A stretch of 64,000 nucleotides of DNA from Haliotis cracherodii (taxonomy: Eukaryota), in the NCBI RefSeq assembly GCF_022045235.1, contig NW_027266280.1:6138001-6202000 (forward strand), in the 5' to 3' direction. Position numbers and translations under genes: made by a program. Of this stretch, positions 39,318-51,563 are shown piece by piece. Position 1 is the stretch's first letter; the number at the start of each line of letters is the position of its first letter. Under the pieces are notes generated by a model. That model saw nothing but the letters and a program-made list of their open reading frames with translations. It was not told where the DNA came from and did no database searches.

Positions 39318-39612
39318 GTGAGTGAGTGAGTGAGTGGTGAGTGTGTTGGGTTTAAGGCCGCTTTTAAACTGTGTTACAGTCATATCGGCGCATGTCAGCT
39401 TAATGTGGGAGGAAGGCCCGAAGTGAAGCAGGTCTCAGACATTTACCACTTCGGTGAAACCCACGAGCACAGGTATGGTGCTGACAAACCTAGAAACATC
39501 ATCGGGGCGAACCAGGATTCGAACCCACAATTGTAGGTTTCTGGCGTGCCCAAGGGACGTAACTCTGCACAGCGAATCACGACGCCTTAGACGACTGGGC
39601 CACCCGTGCCCC
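39318..39612 (-). mobile_element. SINE family A
   Basis: Full reverse-complement copy. Confidence 0.9.
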
Positions 39613-41194
39613 CTTAAGATATTGACATGTTCATGATATGAGTTATGATTTCATTTAGAAAACATTACTGGTCAAATGCAACAAACTGAACATATATCTC
39701 AATTGGCTTATGTGAATAAATACTGGTTCAACTTTCCTCTCACATAAAACTGCCGATGTAGATATAAAAGAAACAAAATAGTTGTCAGTACCAGTGTCAA
39801 CTTGTTGATAAGGACAATTGAATTAATAAGTAACAATTGTTATCAAGTGTCAACATGATGAAATTTATTACAAATTTTAATCTGAACTATTATGCATTAT
39901 GACATTATGAATTACTATGCATTATGACTTGATATATTAGTTACATAATAACATTTTAGCAGCCATGGTGAACATTTAACATTGGAGAAGTAATTACATC
40001 AGGCAGATGGATAATTGTAGTTTCAGTGTAATGGGAATTATCAACAATCAAACGACTTCTTCTTCTGAAACACTAATCGGAAATTAATGAAATTATACTA
40101 GAAGCACCCCTAGGTGGCTATATTGCTTTAAACAGCTTCTTCTCTCGAACTAAGAGATAGATATCAACCATATTTGGTTGGAAACATTCTCCGGTGGTGA
40201 GGATTCAAAATTGTACAAATGGAAGGGCTGAGGGGCTGGGCCAAAAAAAGTTTATAACTTGGACACAGTTAAGATCCCCATCGTATAACCATACCGGTAT
40301 GTACAATTGCTGAGTATAATGAGAGGCATTATGCTACCATGACTGGCCCTTCTGTTCATATGTCCGGCACTCCAAAAGGAGTTAGAACCTTGACCATAAC
40401 ATGCAAAACCTATATTATCCCCACCCTATGATAAACAGATACATTGTATACATGTGTTTGTTATGAAGGGAATAATACATTTATGCCAATAGGATTCTCC
40501 CTGGGGTCCAGCCTTGCCTCTGGAAACTTAGATCCTGGATCATAACATCGAAACGGTTCCGATCTTTATGCTACATTTGTATCTAGAGAAGTACATTGTA
40601 CATTGTTCATGCTGTCAGATTTGCCATCCACCCATTTCAAAATTACGAAATATTTGCAGTATTATATACATGTACAATGCAAGTGTATATTTTGTCATGA
40701 TTGAGTAAATATCCAGGTGAGCGATACAGGCCCTATGTGTCTCTTGTCTTATTATCTCGGTCTCAATTTCATCAACTGAATCAAAAGGTACATTAACATA
40801 ACACTATAGACGAATTACTGAGTTTAGGTGCCAGTATTGTTTCTGTGAGAAATGATTGGTCTGTTGATAATGCACACATTGAACGGTAAATGGAGGATAT
40901 AGATACAATGTACAGCTAAACATATGTCATTTGACAGTGAAATTGCATGTATGCGATGGATGACTGCTATTGTCTAACTTTACTATATGTACTTATTAAT
41001 GGAAATTATGGTTGAAATAAATACAATGTAACATTTAATTAACCAAACTGGAATAAATACAACATGTACATATAATACTCAAGTTTTTAAGTATTTGTAT
41101 TTATTGAGTATCTACAATAACAAGAATGTCTATTTTCAAATGAATTGTTTCTGTCAATCAATAATACATGTTAGAATTATGCTAATTCAATGAG

Positions 41195-41554
41195 TAACGT
41201 ATTCGACGTACTAAGCGCCCAGGGCGCTCTCAAAATTAGAAATAGGGGACTCGTATTGAAATATTATTTTGTTTAAAAAAAATTAAAAATTGAAAGATCG
41301 TAAATTTCATGGTTTATGGCTTTATGCTGACAGCCTGAAATGTTTATATACGACAGATATATTTTCCCAGAATTTAATTGCCCATAATTAAGAGTGCATA
41401 TTACACACGAGTGCGTATTATACACGAAAAAAATAAGTCTTGTGTACATTGATCAATCAGAAGGAGTGCTAATTAGGATTGTTCACTAGCCAATATACAA
41501 GCAAATATCGCTGTGGGCTATTAGAGTGGGGCGCTAATTACGTCGAATACGGTA
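41195..41554. mobile_element. Tc1/mariner-superfamily MITE (same family as 27943)
   Basis: TIR cgtattcgacgta...tacgtcgaatacgg. Confidence 0.88.
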
Positions 41555-41944
41555 TTAATAACTGATTAAGCTGGTAATTAAAAAGTGATTGAATGTTTCC
41601 AAATCTTATTTCTCTTTTTTCACCTTTATTTGAGAAGTCCTTATAGAACTTAAATTGAGCACTTATTCACAGCACCTTTTCATTGATTACTTTTTTTTGA
41701 CAACCTGAACTACTTAAGTTGAATATCAAGCATCATATTATGAATAGGTTTATGTTAATGAGTAAGTACTCTCATAATGGTAATATGTATTGTATTTGTA
41801 CCAAATAAATACATTTAACAAGTTAAAATGATTAATAAGATTTTACAGTCTATGTTGTATATCGATTAAGTAGTGTATTTCATTAAATATCTTCATGGTT
41901 GAGTAATAGGTAAAAAATGTTATTTGTTCCATTTATTCCTTTGT

Positions 41945-43818
41945 TCACAACTCACACTGACATTTCATTGCACAGTTGGAACAACATCTACATTTATCAA
42001 GATAAGCAACAGCCTCTTCAAAACCAAACACCTTCAACATTCCAAACACCTTCAACATTTCAAGCCTCAAGCAGTTCTTTGAACGACAGTAATTTATTAT
42101 ATTTTCTTCAATGTGATGTACATTTTTAGCAATATCATTATCATTAAAATGTAAAACCGCTACTTCACTCTGCCCCTGTCTACCACTTCGTCCTATTTGT
42201 TGAATATAATCAATGATATTACGAGGAAGCTTCCCATGGATAACCCTGCTAACATTTGGTGAGTCAAACCCCACACCAATACTTGATGTACAGAAAATTA
42301 GTCTAATTTGTGGATTATCTTTTCTTAGTTCATTTGTTAGAACCTCCTCATCCTGGAGAGAGAAAATGGTTATGAATGATGTTGAATGCAGGCTTGGGTG
42401 ATCAAATTTGTCTAAAGCGTAAATCTGGGCTTGGGAACACCATTCAATGGGCATATACAACAAAGTTACAGGAAAATCTGGACCCAAGATATACAATTCA
42501 TCAACAATGGGCATATAAACAGACTCTGCACATGCAATGATGTCATAATTAGACATTTTTTTCTTACAGCACAAGAAGATATTGGGTTTATCAGGATTTG
42601 CCTTTATTATTTTTGGTTTCTTCATATTTAACAGACCAGGAAGTTTGTCCATAGCTTGGGATGTCAATGTTGCACTTAAAGCAATGGTTGGGCAGGATAA
42701 GAAGGTGGGCAGGATGTTGATCTCTCCAAATGCCTTTCTGAAGTCTCTTGACCTGAAACAAGTATTATTAATAGGTTGTATCAATCTCATTAAAATCAGA
42801 TCTTAGTTCTCGCTACTGCTAAACAAAGATCTGAGGACATCCCATTAAGGGTCACGTCAGACTGACCTTGTGCAAACTTTGACTGACCAATGGAATGACC
42901 AATCAGAAGGCAGCTTTCTCGTGCTTTACGGCACCAATTTTAAATTGGCTACTATGCTTCGAAACATATTTTGACAAATTCTCAATTACAAATTTGAAAC
43001 CTGAACAAAAGAACATTCTGTAATGGCAAATAGATGGTCTAGATTGTATGGATGCAGTCGTTAAACCCGTAACTATCGTTCGGAATACCCCGTGTTAAAG
43101 TTTCAGAGGTTGTATGATTAGAAATCACATTCCGACTGTCACTTTCATGATCTGGTAAGCGACGCTCTGATTGGTCAGATGAAAGGTCGTTCTGACGTGA
43201 CCCCTAATGGGATGTCTTCAGATCTTTGCTTAGCGGTAGCGAGAACTAAGGTCTGATTTTAATAAAATTGTAGGTTGTACGGTCTGAAGAATATATCTTA
43301 AAAGGCAGTAAATGTTGCATATATGTCACCAAAGAAAGAACTTTTAAAGTACATATAAACCAAACTACAATTTATAACCACAATCTTGTGGGAACTCAAG
43401 TTGAGTTACTTGCATGTCATGCTCATATCAAACAATAACAACATACTAGTATTTAGATATAAGAATAGACTTCAGATGTTCCCATATGTATCAAATGAAT
43501 GTTGCAAGGCCTGACTTTGATATCATCCACATTAGCATTAAACAAGCTGGTTTTATGCTTCAGGCAATTACATCTTTATTACTTAATTATTTTTTTTATA
43601 AAATGTTGTAATTGGTGGCTTCACATTATCATTTCTACCATGTATACTTACCATTTATCAACTGTGTGACATTCATCAATGACAACTGCCAGAACATTAT
43701 CCTGAAAGGTCTGACTGTTCAGTAAAGCGGCTCCTTGAGGTGTGGAAAATAATGCCTCTGGGTGGCATAAGATGACATAAACTCCGGACTCTATGTCTTC
43801 TATTGAAGCATCACATTC
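41945..43818 (-). pseudogene. RecQ-like SF2 helicase of the AcademH element (exons 43818-43652 and 42752-41945; N-terminal motif I not found)
   Basis: CHPEA, VVIDECH, W|SRDFR, ALSAT, FCTSSIGVGFD, YIQQIGRSGR and a C-terminal Cys cluster (RQC-like); splice phases are compatible. Confidence 0.85.
42782..43270. mobile_element. MITE with ~90-bp TIRs and 9-10-bp TSD (MULE-like) in the helicase intron
   Basis: Flanks taggttgta(t/c); TIR caatctcattaaaatcagatcttagttctcgcta... Confidence 0.88.
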
Positions 43819-44198
43819 CTAAAATAACCAAAAAATGACACCATGTTAAGCATACAGTTATCATTCCTCTACATACATATCATACATATCATCAACAATA
43901 TTGAGATAGCAACAAGATTAATAATCTCTTCTTTGTTTCTAACCAATATTATGCCATTTTAAATGAATGTTTTGAAGTTCTTAGTCTTACTAACAAATAT
44001 AAAAATAATCACATAGTAAAACAAATGTGGACATTTAAAATAATGACTACATATCATACTGGCTGGATGACAACGCAATTTTTTTAATAAATGCGGATGA
44101 AGCTGTGACTATTTCATGTTTTCGTTGCTCTATTTTTAGGGCGTAACTTGATCTATACATAGAACTGGAAAAACCGTATGCTTTATTCTTAAAATTAC

Positions 44199-44556
44199 GG
44201 GCCGCCTCCGTGGTCTAGTGCTAGAGCGTCCGCCCGGAGAGCGTAAGGTCCGGGGTTCGATCCCCGGCCGCGTCATACCAAAAGACGTTTTAGATGGTAC
44301 TTGTTGTTACCCTGTCTGACGCTCGGCATTAAGGGGCTAAAACAAGGACTGGTTGGCTCAGAGTCAGTATACTGTGTGTGAGTGCGATATTCATGTTAAA
44401 CTGCGGCATGGTATCTCAGTGAGCTAGCACTATAAAGCGGCATCAGTCCGGACTAGTACAAGCAGCCACACAAACACACACACGTACATGCACGTCGCTA
44501 TATAAGTGCAATAATCTTGGACGTGACGTTAAACCCCATTTCACCTTCACCTCACC
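44199..44556 (+). mobile_element. SINE family D, full length
   Basis: A and B boxes, Meta-like core, tail GACGTTAAACCCC, TSD cttaaaat(t)ac. Confidence 0.9.
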
Positions 44557-45109
44557 TTAAAATACAGGGCTTTTCACTGGATCTATTTATAGATATTTGT
44601 ACATGGACACTGACATATAGCGATATTGCAGGAGGTACCCATAAATTCTCTCCGCAAAGTATTGTGTAGATTCTAAATATGTTTTGTTTGTATTTATGCA
44701 TAAAAAACTGGTAAATAATAACCACAAAATACCACTCCCAATGATATAACTACAGAACATATTAACTTACCAAAAAAGTTACCATACTACATTCATTGAA
44801 GTCATAATCCTCCCGAAGGGTGGTTCCTTTTCCACTCACACTCAGTCTGCATGCTCTGGCCACGTATGCTTATCACCTGATCACCTGAATGATGTTGAGG
44901 GGAGAAATTACCAGGGCCCACTTGCACAAAGGGATCTTAGCGCTAAGATGATCGTAACTCTCATACTTTAACATAGGCTTACAATAGTCGTAGCCCTTAG
45001 ATAGCTTTTGTTGATAAAACAAGGAAGTAGTCCGCGTTTCGGTCACATGATATACATGTGAATGACCTCCATCAACTAATGCGCCTGTGGCATTGGTGTT
45101 ATGCTAAGT

Positions 45110-46190
45110 CCTTTTGTGACACAGTGATGTCAGTCTTGGTTCAGACACTGTCCTTTTGTGGCACAGATGGGTGTCAGTCTTGGTTCAGACATTGTTCTTG
45201 TGTGACATATTGATGTCAGTCTAGGTTCAGACACTGTCCCTGTGTGACACAGTGATGTCAATCTAGGTTCAGACACTGTCCTTGTGTGACACAGTGGTGT
45301 CAGTCTAGGTTCAGACACTGCCCTTGTGTGACACAGTGATGTCAGTCTAGGTTCAGACACTGACCTTGTGTGACACAGTGATGTCAATCTAGGTTCAGAC
45401 ACTGTCCTTTTGTGACACAGTGATGTCAGTCTAGGTTCAGACACTGTCCTCGTGTGACACAGTGATGTCAGTCTAGGTTCAGACACTGTCCTTTTTGTGA
45501 CATTGATGTAAGTCTTGGTTCAGACACTGATATTGTGTGACACAGTGATGTCAGTCTATGTTCAGGCACTGTCTTTGAGTGACACAGTGATGTCAGTCTA
45601 GGTTCAGACACTGTCCCTGTGTGACAGTGATGTCAGTCGTGGTTCAGACACTGTCCTTGTGTGACACAGTGATGTCAGTCTAGGTTCAGACACTGTCCTT
45701 GTGTGGCACGGTGATGTCAGTCAATGTTCAGACACTGTCCCTGTGTGACACAGATGGGTGTAAGTCTAGGTTCAGACACTGTCCTTGAGTGACACAGTGA
45801 TGCCAGTCTTGGTTCACACACTGTCCTTGTGTGACACAGTGGTGCCAGTCTTGGTTCACACAATGTCCATTTGTGACACAGTGGTGTCAGTCTAGGATCA
45901 GACACTGTCATTGTGTGACACAGTGATGTCAGTCTTGGTTCAGACACTGTCCCTGTGTGACACAGTGATGTCAGTCTAGGTTAAGACACTGTCATTGTGT
46001 GACAGTGATGTCAGTCTAGGTTCAGACACTGTCCCTGTGTGACACAATGGTGTCAGTCTTGGTTCAGACACTGTTGCTGTGCAACACAGGCAGGTGACAG
46101 TCTAGGTTCAGACACTGTTGCTGTGTAACACAGATAGGTGACAGTCTAGGTTCAGTGTGCTACATCGCAATGATGTCAGTCTAGGTCTAG
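45110..46190. repeat. 42-bp minisatellite downstream of GST copy 2
   Basis: Same unit as 24482-25160, in a longer array. Confidence 0.95.
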
Positions 46191-46618
46191 ATGATAAATT
46201 CCGATCACACCAGAAACTAAAGTTCCATTCACCAAGATCTGCAAATGGTAAGATAAACTGACTAAAACCCTGTTCTTCTCTGGCTAAACTTTCCCTTCGC
46301 GTCTGAGTAAGTGAATTAAGACAACATCATATTTGAGGTATATCAATTTATTGGTCATATACACTTCTTTATCACAGTAGTGTCACATATTGAATAACTG
46401 ACATTCAACTGTCATGATGAAACACAGATAATATACGTCTGTGGACAAGCAATATATAATCAAAAGATCAATTACTCAATTCACTTGAATCATGAGTGCA
46501 CTATATTATTAACTGCAGCCCCTGGCAACACAGGCTGTGTTACAGTTTCACGTTTGTTTACTGCCATATGAGTCGAAGCACAACACATTTTGATTATTGT
46601 CATCTCTGGGTCATGTCT

Positions 46619-46957
46619 TCACAGATTAGATCCGAGTGAGGACTTGGTCACATCATGGGCTCGATACACCATCTTGGAGGACTCGTCAAACACTGACTGA
46701 TGCCTCTCTCGCACTCGCTGCATCCAAGCTTTCATGGTGGGGCTGCTCTCATACAGGTTCTCCTCTTGAACGGCGTACAGCTGTATGAGGTCACAAGCTC
46801 CGAATATGTCCGCTATAGAGATGTCATTCCCACAGAGGAATGGCTGTGATTTGAGGAAATGTGTTTCAATATCGGTGACAGACTGACGAACCAGTTTGCG
46901 ATATTTCTCCACCTTACCCATGTCAATTGGTTGATTCTTTGCCCTGTGGATTATTAG
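46619..46957 (-). CDS. GSTT1: Theta GST copy 2, exon 4 (339 nt)
   Basis: Paralog of 25582-25920 with an intact frame. Confidence 0.9.
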   Translation of the reverse strand, partial: LIIHRAKNQPIDMGKVEKYRKLVRQSVTDIETHFLKSQPFLCGNDISIADIFGACDLIQLYAVQEENLYESSPTMKAWMQRVRERHQSVFDESSKMVYRAHDVTKSSLGSNL

Positions 46958-47254
46958 CTGCAAACAAATATATTTAGTGATACCCAAATTAATATTCAAA
47001 ATATATTGATATTGATATTGATTCCAAAAACTACATCGACACCATCATTAGAAATATGGATCACTGTGGTCTATAATTATCTTCCTCAGGGGAGATAATC
47101 GATACTCAAACTCTACAGATATTTTCAAGTAAATTTTCATTTGGTACAGATCCGAGGATGGTGTGTTTAACTTGCTGTACTTAGAAATTGAGCCGGGAAG
47201 CTAGCCATATTTTGTGATTATATTGCAGCATTATGCAAGGCTGTGCACAGATGT

Positions 47255-47704
47255 GGCCTCAGACCACAGTTATCCCCCCTAAGTTTTACCATGAACCTGA
47301 AGAAAAATAGGAGAATATAGTACCCTGTTTAAATGGGCTGTTCAGCCTGTGGCAATTGTTTTGGAGTGACTTGTGATAGCTTAAATGAAAGATAAGACAT
47401 TGTAGTTTGCTGTCAATTTTTTGTTAGCCCCAATCTGTGAAGGTATTGATTCCAGCTTCCCATGATTTGACCCCAAGTTGAAAGCCGTTGTGTGTGTTTC
47501 GGCTCGAAACTTCCGGTGAGCATTGTTGACAGTGGTTACTGCGAAAGCGAGATGGTGAATGCTGGCCGAAACTTTGCGTGTTAAGTGACAAGTGGCAGGT
47601 TGGTCAGCATGCAACAGGAGAACAGCCTACGACTGATAATAATTATGGTGGGCTGTCATGTCACTGTAGATAGCAAAGAAGGAAATTAATTGTGGTCTGA
47701 GGCC
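47255..47704. repeat. Left long terminal direct repeat (450 bp) bounded by 18-bp inverted repeats
   Basis: GGCCTCAGACCACAGTTA ... TAATTGTGGTCTGAGGCC. Confidence 0.9.
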
Positions 47705-48006
47705 TGATATGGTGAGGCTAGTGCATATGTTTGATTCACTATATCTCTATCATTATGCAAGAAATTGACTTGAAACTTGGCACATATATTCACAGTAAGT
47801 GTTGAAATCTGTGTACATGTGTTTTCAGGTTGAAATATTTTTATATTTTTTTTAATGATTTTGTGTACTTTTTCGAACATGCGATTTTATGCATGTTGTT
47901 GAAATGAGTGAATGCCAGCATCATAATAAGTCATATGAGTTCCAATATGGTAGAATCATATATCACTACACCTGTCGTGCCTCGTTTGCACTTGTACAAT
48001 ATTAAT

Positions 48007-48405
48007 ATGGCCAACATCAACGCCTTTTTTAAGAAATACAGAGAGATATTTGCTCGGCATTCAGCCAAAAGTGACCAACATGGCACGTGTCAAAACGGCC
48101 CATGTCACATCTGGTCTAGGGCATGTAAGCCCAGTGGATATGGGGTTTTGAGGTACTATTGCCCCATATCCAACAAGTGGTGCACCATACATGCCCATAG
48201 ACTTAGCTACATTGTGCATAGGGAAGATTTCGACATAGGTGATTTGGACATCAGCCATTTGTGCCATAATTCCAAATGCACCTATGTCGAACATCTGTCT
48301 GCTGAGCCGCATAGTGTAAATGCAGACAGAGTAGCCTGTGTGAACAGGGGTGCATGCAAAGGCCATGCGCCATATGCAGATTGCCTTTTGGCTTTGAAGC
48401 TGTGA
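48007..48405 (+). CDS. His-Me finger (His-Cys box, I-PpoI-like) endonuclease
   Basis: CHIW..GYG..HAHRLSY..DISHLCHNSKC..HLSAEPHSVNADRVAC..CKGH..C; frame intact. Confidence 0.88.
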   Translation: MANINAFFKKYREIFARHSAKSDQHGTCQNGPCHIWSRACKPSGYGVLRYYCPISNKWCTIHAHRLSYIVHREDFDIGDLDISHLCHNSKCTYVEHLSAEPHSVNADRVACVNRGACKGHAPYADCLLALKL

Positions 48406-48598
48406 AAGGAGACAACAACAAGCAAAGTAAATGATTAAGACTTTATTCATTAACTGATGTTCATCACAGTGACAGCTGATTGTAGCATTGCATATACCAA
48501 AAAACATAGCTGTACAGCAACTGTTACCTATTTTAACTCATTTTTTTACACAAAGTCAGTCATAAGCTAGTCATTAGCTACAGTATTACTGCACATGT

Positions 48599-50585
48599 TC
48601 ATTTCTTTGAAAATGAATGGTCAGCTTGTTCACTAAAACATGGCACAGGGTCAAGTTGACCCTTTTTGTAGCCCCCCCTCTGTTTGTCACTCAGTTTTGA
48701 CTTTAAATGTTCACTAATTTTGATCCCATGCTGCACAAGCTTTCTTTTCACAACACTGGGACTTTTCTGGTATTTCTTCTGATAGGCAGCTTCCTTGTCC
48801 ATTTGTTCAAGTGACCGCACTGCTCGACTTGATAGTTCAACACCAGAGTTTTGGCACTTGTCGATTGCTGATGTCCCGGGGACATTGTTGAGCCTATGAA
48901 TAGTCGATGAAGCCCTCCCAATCATATTTCTTGAAAAGTTCACGTTCTTTGGCAAAGAAATACTCATTGATCGGTTCACGGCTTCACATTTCTGTGTGTC
49001 TGTGTACAGTTTCATTTGTTCGACAACTTCGACACTCAGCTTCATCTTGAGAATTTCATTCATCAAGTGTTTATCATTGTCATCCATATTGAAATGAGTG
49101 ATTTTGTTGCAGCCGAGGAACATGGACCGCTGCCACCAGCTGTTTGTTACACCGCCTCGACACACAACAGAGTACCAGGCACATCTGGAGCAGTCGCCGC
49201 TGTAGCACTTAAGGGTTGCTTCGAGCACTCTAGGTAAGATACTACGAAGTGCTTTCATGTCGCCTGCATGATCCTTCATGAGTTCTTTCAGTATCAGGCT
49301 GCACAGTGCCTTTACATCCTGACTTAGCACCTTCTTAGCCTCCAATTTCTGTGTACGAGTAGTGCCGGGGAACATATCTGGGTTGAAATCAGCTCTGTAG
49401 CATTGCCAAAACTGTCCTTGAGCCAAGTGGGTGGGATCAGCTAGCCTCTGCACCTTCCACATAGGGTCTAAGACTTTCAGAGCTTGGTCTATTCCATCTG
49501 CAGACTTAGAATCCCCATCGGTAGTAGCATACTTAATGAGCACACCCTGTAGCGCAAGCTGATTTCCAATGTCCTCTCCCATATTGAACTCGGAGAACGG
49601 AGCGAAGGCCGACATGTTTGCAGTACAGTCTGGGTGCCCCCCTGGACACTTCACATCCATTCCTTTTCCTTTCAGCCAAGCACCAGTCCAGCACAGCTTA
49701 TTCTGGAATGACGCGCCGATGATGAACTTCTTATCGGTAATAGTTTCGCAGGCTATGCCGATTGCTTGTGATGCATTCTGCCCTGGCTTCTTCCTGCTGG
49801 CTATTGTCGTTGAGTTGTATCGGCCATCCTTGGCAATATACATCTCGCATGGCTCAGTACCCCTCTTCCTTTACCAATTCAACTTTTTCAGCCATATCCT
49901 GTGTATTCAGTTCAGTAACAGCAATAGCCGCCTTGGTAGAGGTCCTCTGCATACTGCTCCTGCATGGGGGCGGAATGTCCATGTTCGCCATCAGTAACCT
50001 GGCTCTTGTGTTTCCAATAGGGGTGTCTTGAAGACCCAAGGCAAGTCCTACGTTAGGGGCTGCTGGGTTTGGTCCAGGTTTGCCTGTCTTGATTTCTTTA
50101 TACAACTTCATTTCAGGTGCTGTGAAGTCACATACAACACATTTCAGTGTCACTTTCCAGCATGCTCCCCATTTTCTCTCCTTGGCTATCTGCAGCTGAG
50201 GGTCGTCGCAGTCAGTGGATGTCGAACGATGCAGTCGCAGAGCTGTGTTCCATGCTTCGGCCACCATTTCATTGTCGACTAGTCGCATACCCTCCAAGTC
50301 ATCTTTACTTGACTCTTGTTTCAGGTCTTGCATGCTGGCTGCAGTAGGCCGCAACAGCCTCACAGAGGTAGAGATGCCCTCACAGTCAGGTGTCGACAGC
50401 CCAGTGCCATCCAACCTAGACTTGGTAACCAGTGAGAAGTCTTCAGCACTCATCCTAGTGACAGTCCTGGGTATCTGGGGTGGAGAGTCACTTTCTGTCT
50501 CTTCAGACTCAAGGGTGAGACCTTTGTTCCAGGGAGTGTGGCCCTTGCTGAACTGTGACTTGATTCTCTTGCGATCGCCTTTCAT
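48599..50585 (-). pseudogene. Kolobok/Mutator-like DDD/E transposase with one frameshift near 49865
   Basis: Starts MKGDRKR (50585); CxxC N-terminal domain; putative catalytic DGRYNS, TTDGD and TQKCE; DPTH motif. Confidence 0.85.
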
Positions 50586-50619
50586 CGTGATTGTCTCGGA
50601 CAGAACTAATGAGCTCTGA

Positions 50620-50681
50620 CTGACTGACTGATATAGAAGATTTAACGTGCGCTTTCCGACTGCAGCGTATTTCGCACACGG
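50620..50681 (-). mobile_element. 62-bp LINE 3'-end insertion with 9-bp TSD
   Basis: Matches ~1711-1778; TSD gagctctga (50611-50619, 50682-50690). Confidence 0.9.
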
Positions 50682-51373
50682 GAGCTCTGAGCACAAGATG
50701 TAGCTACCCCATCACTGTGTAATGTCAATGGCAATGACAAGCGTGTAAATGTATTAGAAACTCTCGAGACATACATATGTCTTGTGCCAGCAGTCCAAAT
50801 TGCAGTTGAGCTGTACACACAGTTTGACACCTTGGCGTGTATTGGCCGAGTGTCAGCTGAGAGTGGTCACACCTGGTGACTCGCTGCACTTGATTGGCTG
50901 TACACAGCTACCTTTCCCACCAATCATTTTAATGAGTAGAGACAGAGCTTTCATGTGAATAAAAATTTAACAGTTTCAGTTTTCATTTTTGTTGAAAAAT
51001 ATGAACTTTAATTCAATTTTTTTGTTAAAAAATGCATGCATGTATCTAAAAATAGGCCCCCAAAAAAAGAATTGATTTACCGGACTGAAATTGATGTCTG
51101 TTGATAGTATATGTAATGACGAGACAGGAACACTTGCTTGTTTTGTCCATTTCCTTTTGGTTATGGAGTTATGGACAAATTAGAACTGTATTTGAAATGA
51201 ATTCATGCCAAAAATGTACTCTCAAGTGCTATGGATGCAGCATGATTTCAAATGACTATAAGTCAAGCTGTGTATGAGTTAGGGATTCCAAATTTTCTGT
51301 GAGCCTTCAACAGTGTATGGGCTTAGTATTGATGAAGTTTTATTTGAATTGCATACTTTTTTCTGTCCTGATA

Positions 51374-51563
51374 GGCCTCAGACCACAGTTATCCCCCCTA
51401 AGTTTTACCATGAAAATAGGAGAATATAGTACCCTGTTTAAATGGGCTGTTCAGCCTGTGGCAATTGTTTTGGAGTGACTTGTGATAGCTTAAATGAAAG
51501 ATAAGACATTGTAGTTTGCTGTCAATTTTTTGTTAGCCCCAATCTGTGAAGGTATTGATTCCA
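51374..51563. repeat. Truncated right terminal direct repeat
   Basis: Near-identical to 47255-~47454 apart from a short deletion. Confidence 0.9.

Larger units (their letters stand above)
47255..51563. mobile_element. KolobokP-type composite DNA transposon in GST copy 2 intron 3
   Basis: 450-bp left terminal direct repeat with inverted ends, truncated right repeat, and convergent His-Me endonuclease and DDD/E transposase ORFs; absent from the paralogous intron. Confidence 0.88.

Noticed and set aside
41945-42790. Host RecQ/WRN/BLM helicase gene
   Set aside because: Motif I exon not found, it is paired with an Academ-like transposase, and the ORF-track start lies in a MITE/intron.
50586-50696. 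N-terminal 37 aa of the transposase ORF
   Set aside because: Largely contributed by the LINE tail insertion; the probable start is the ATG at 50585.
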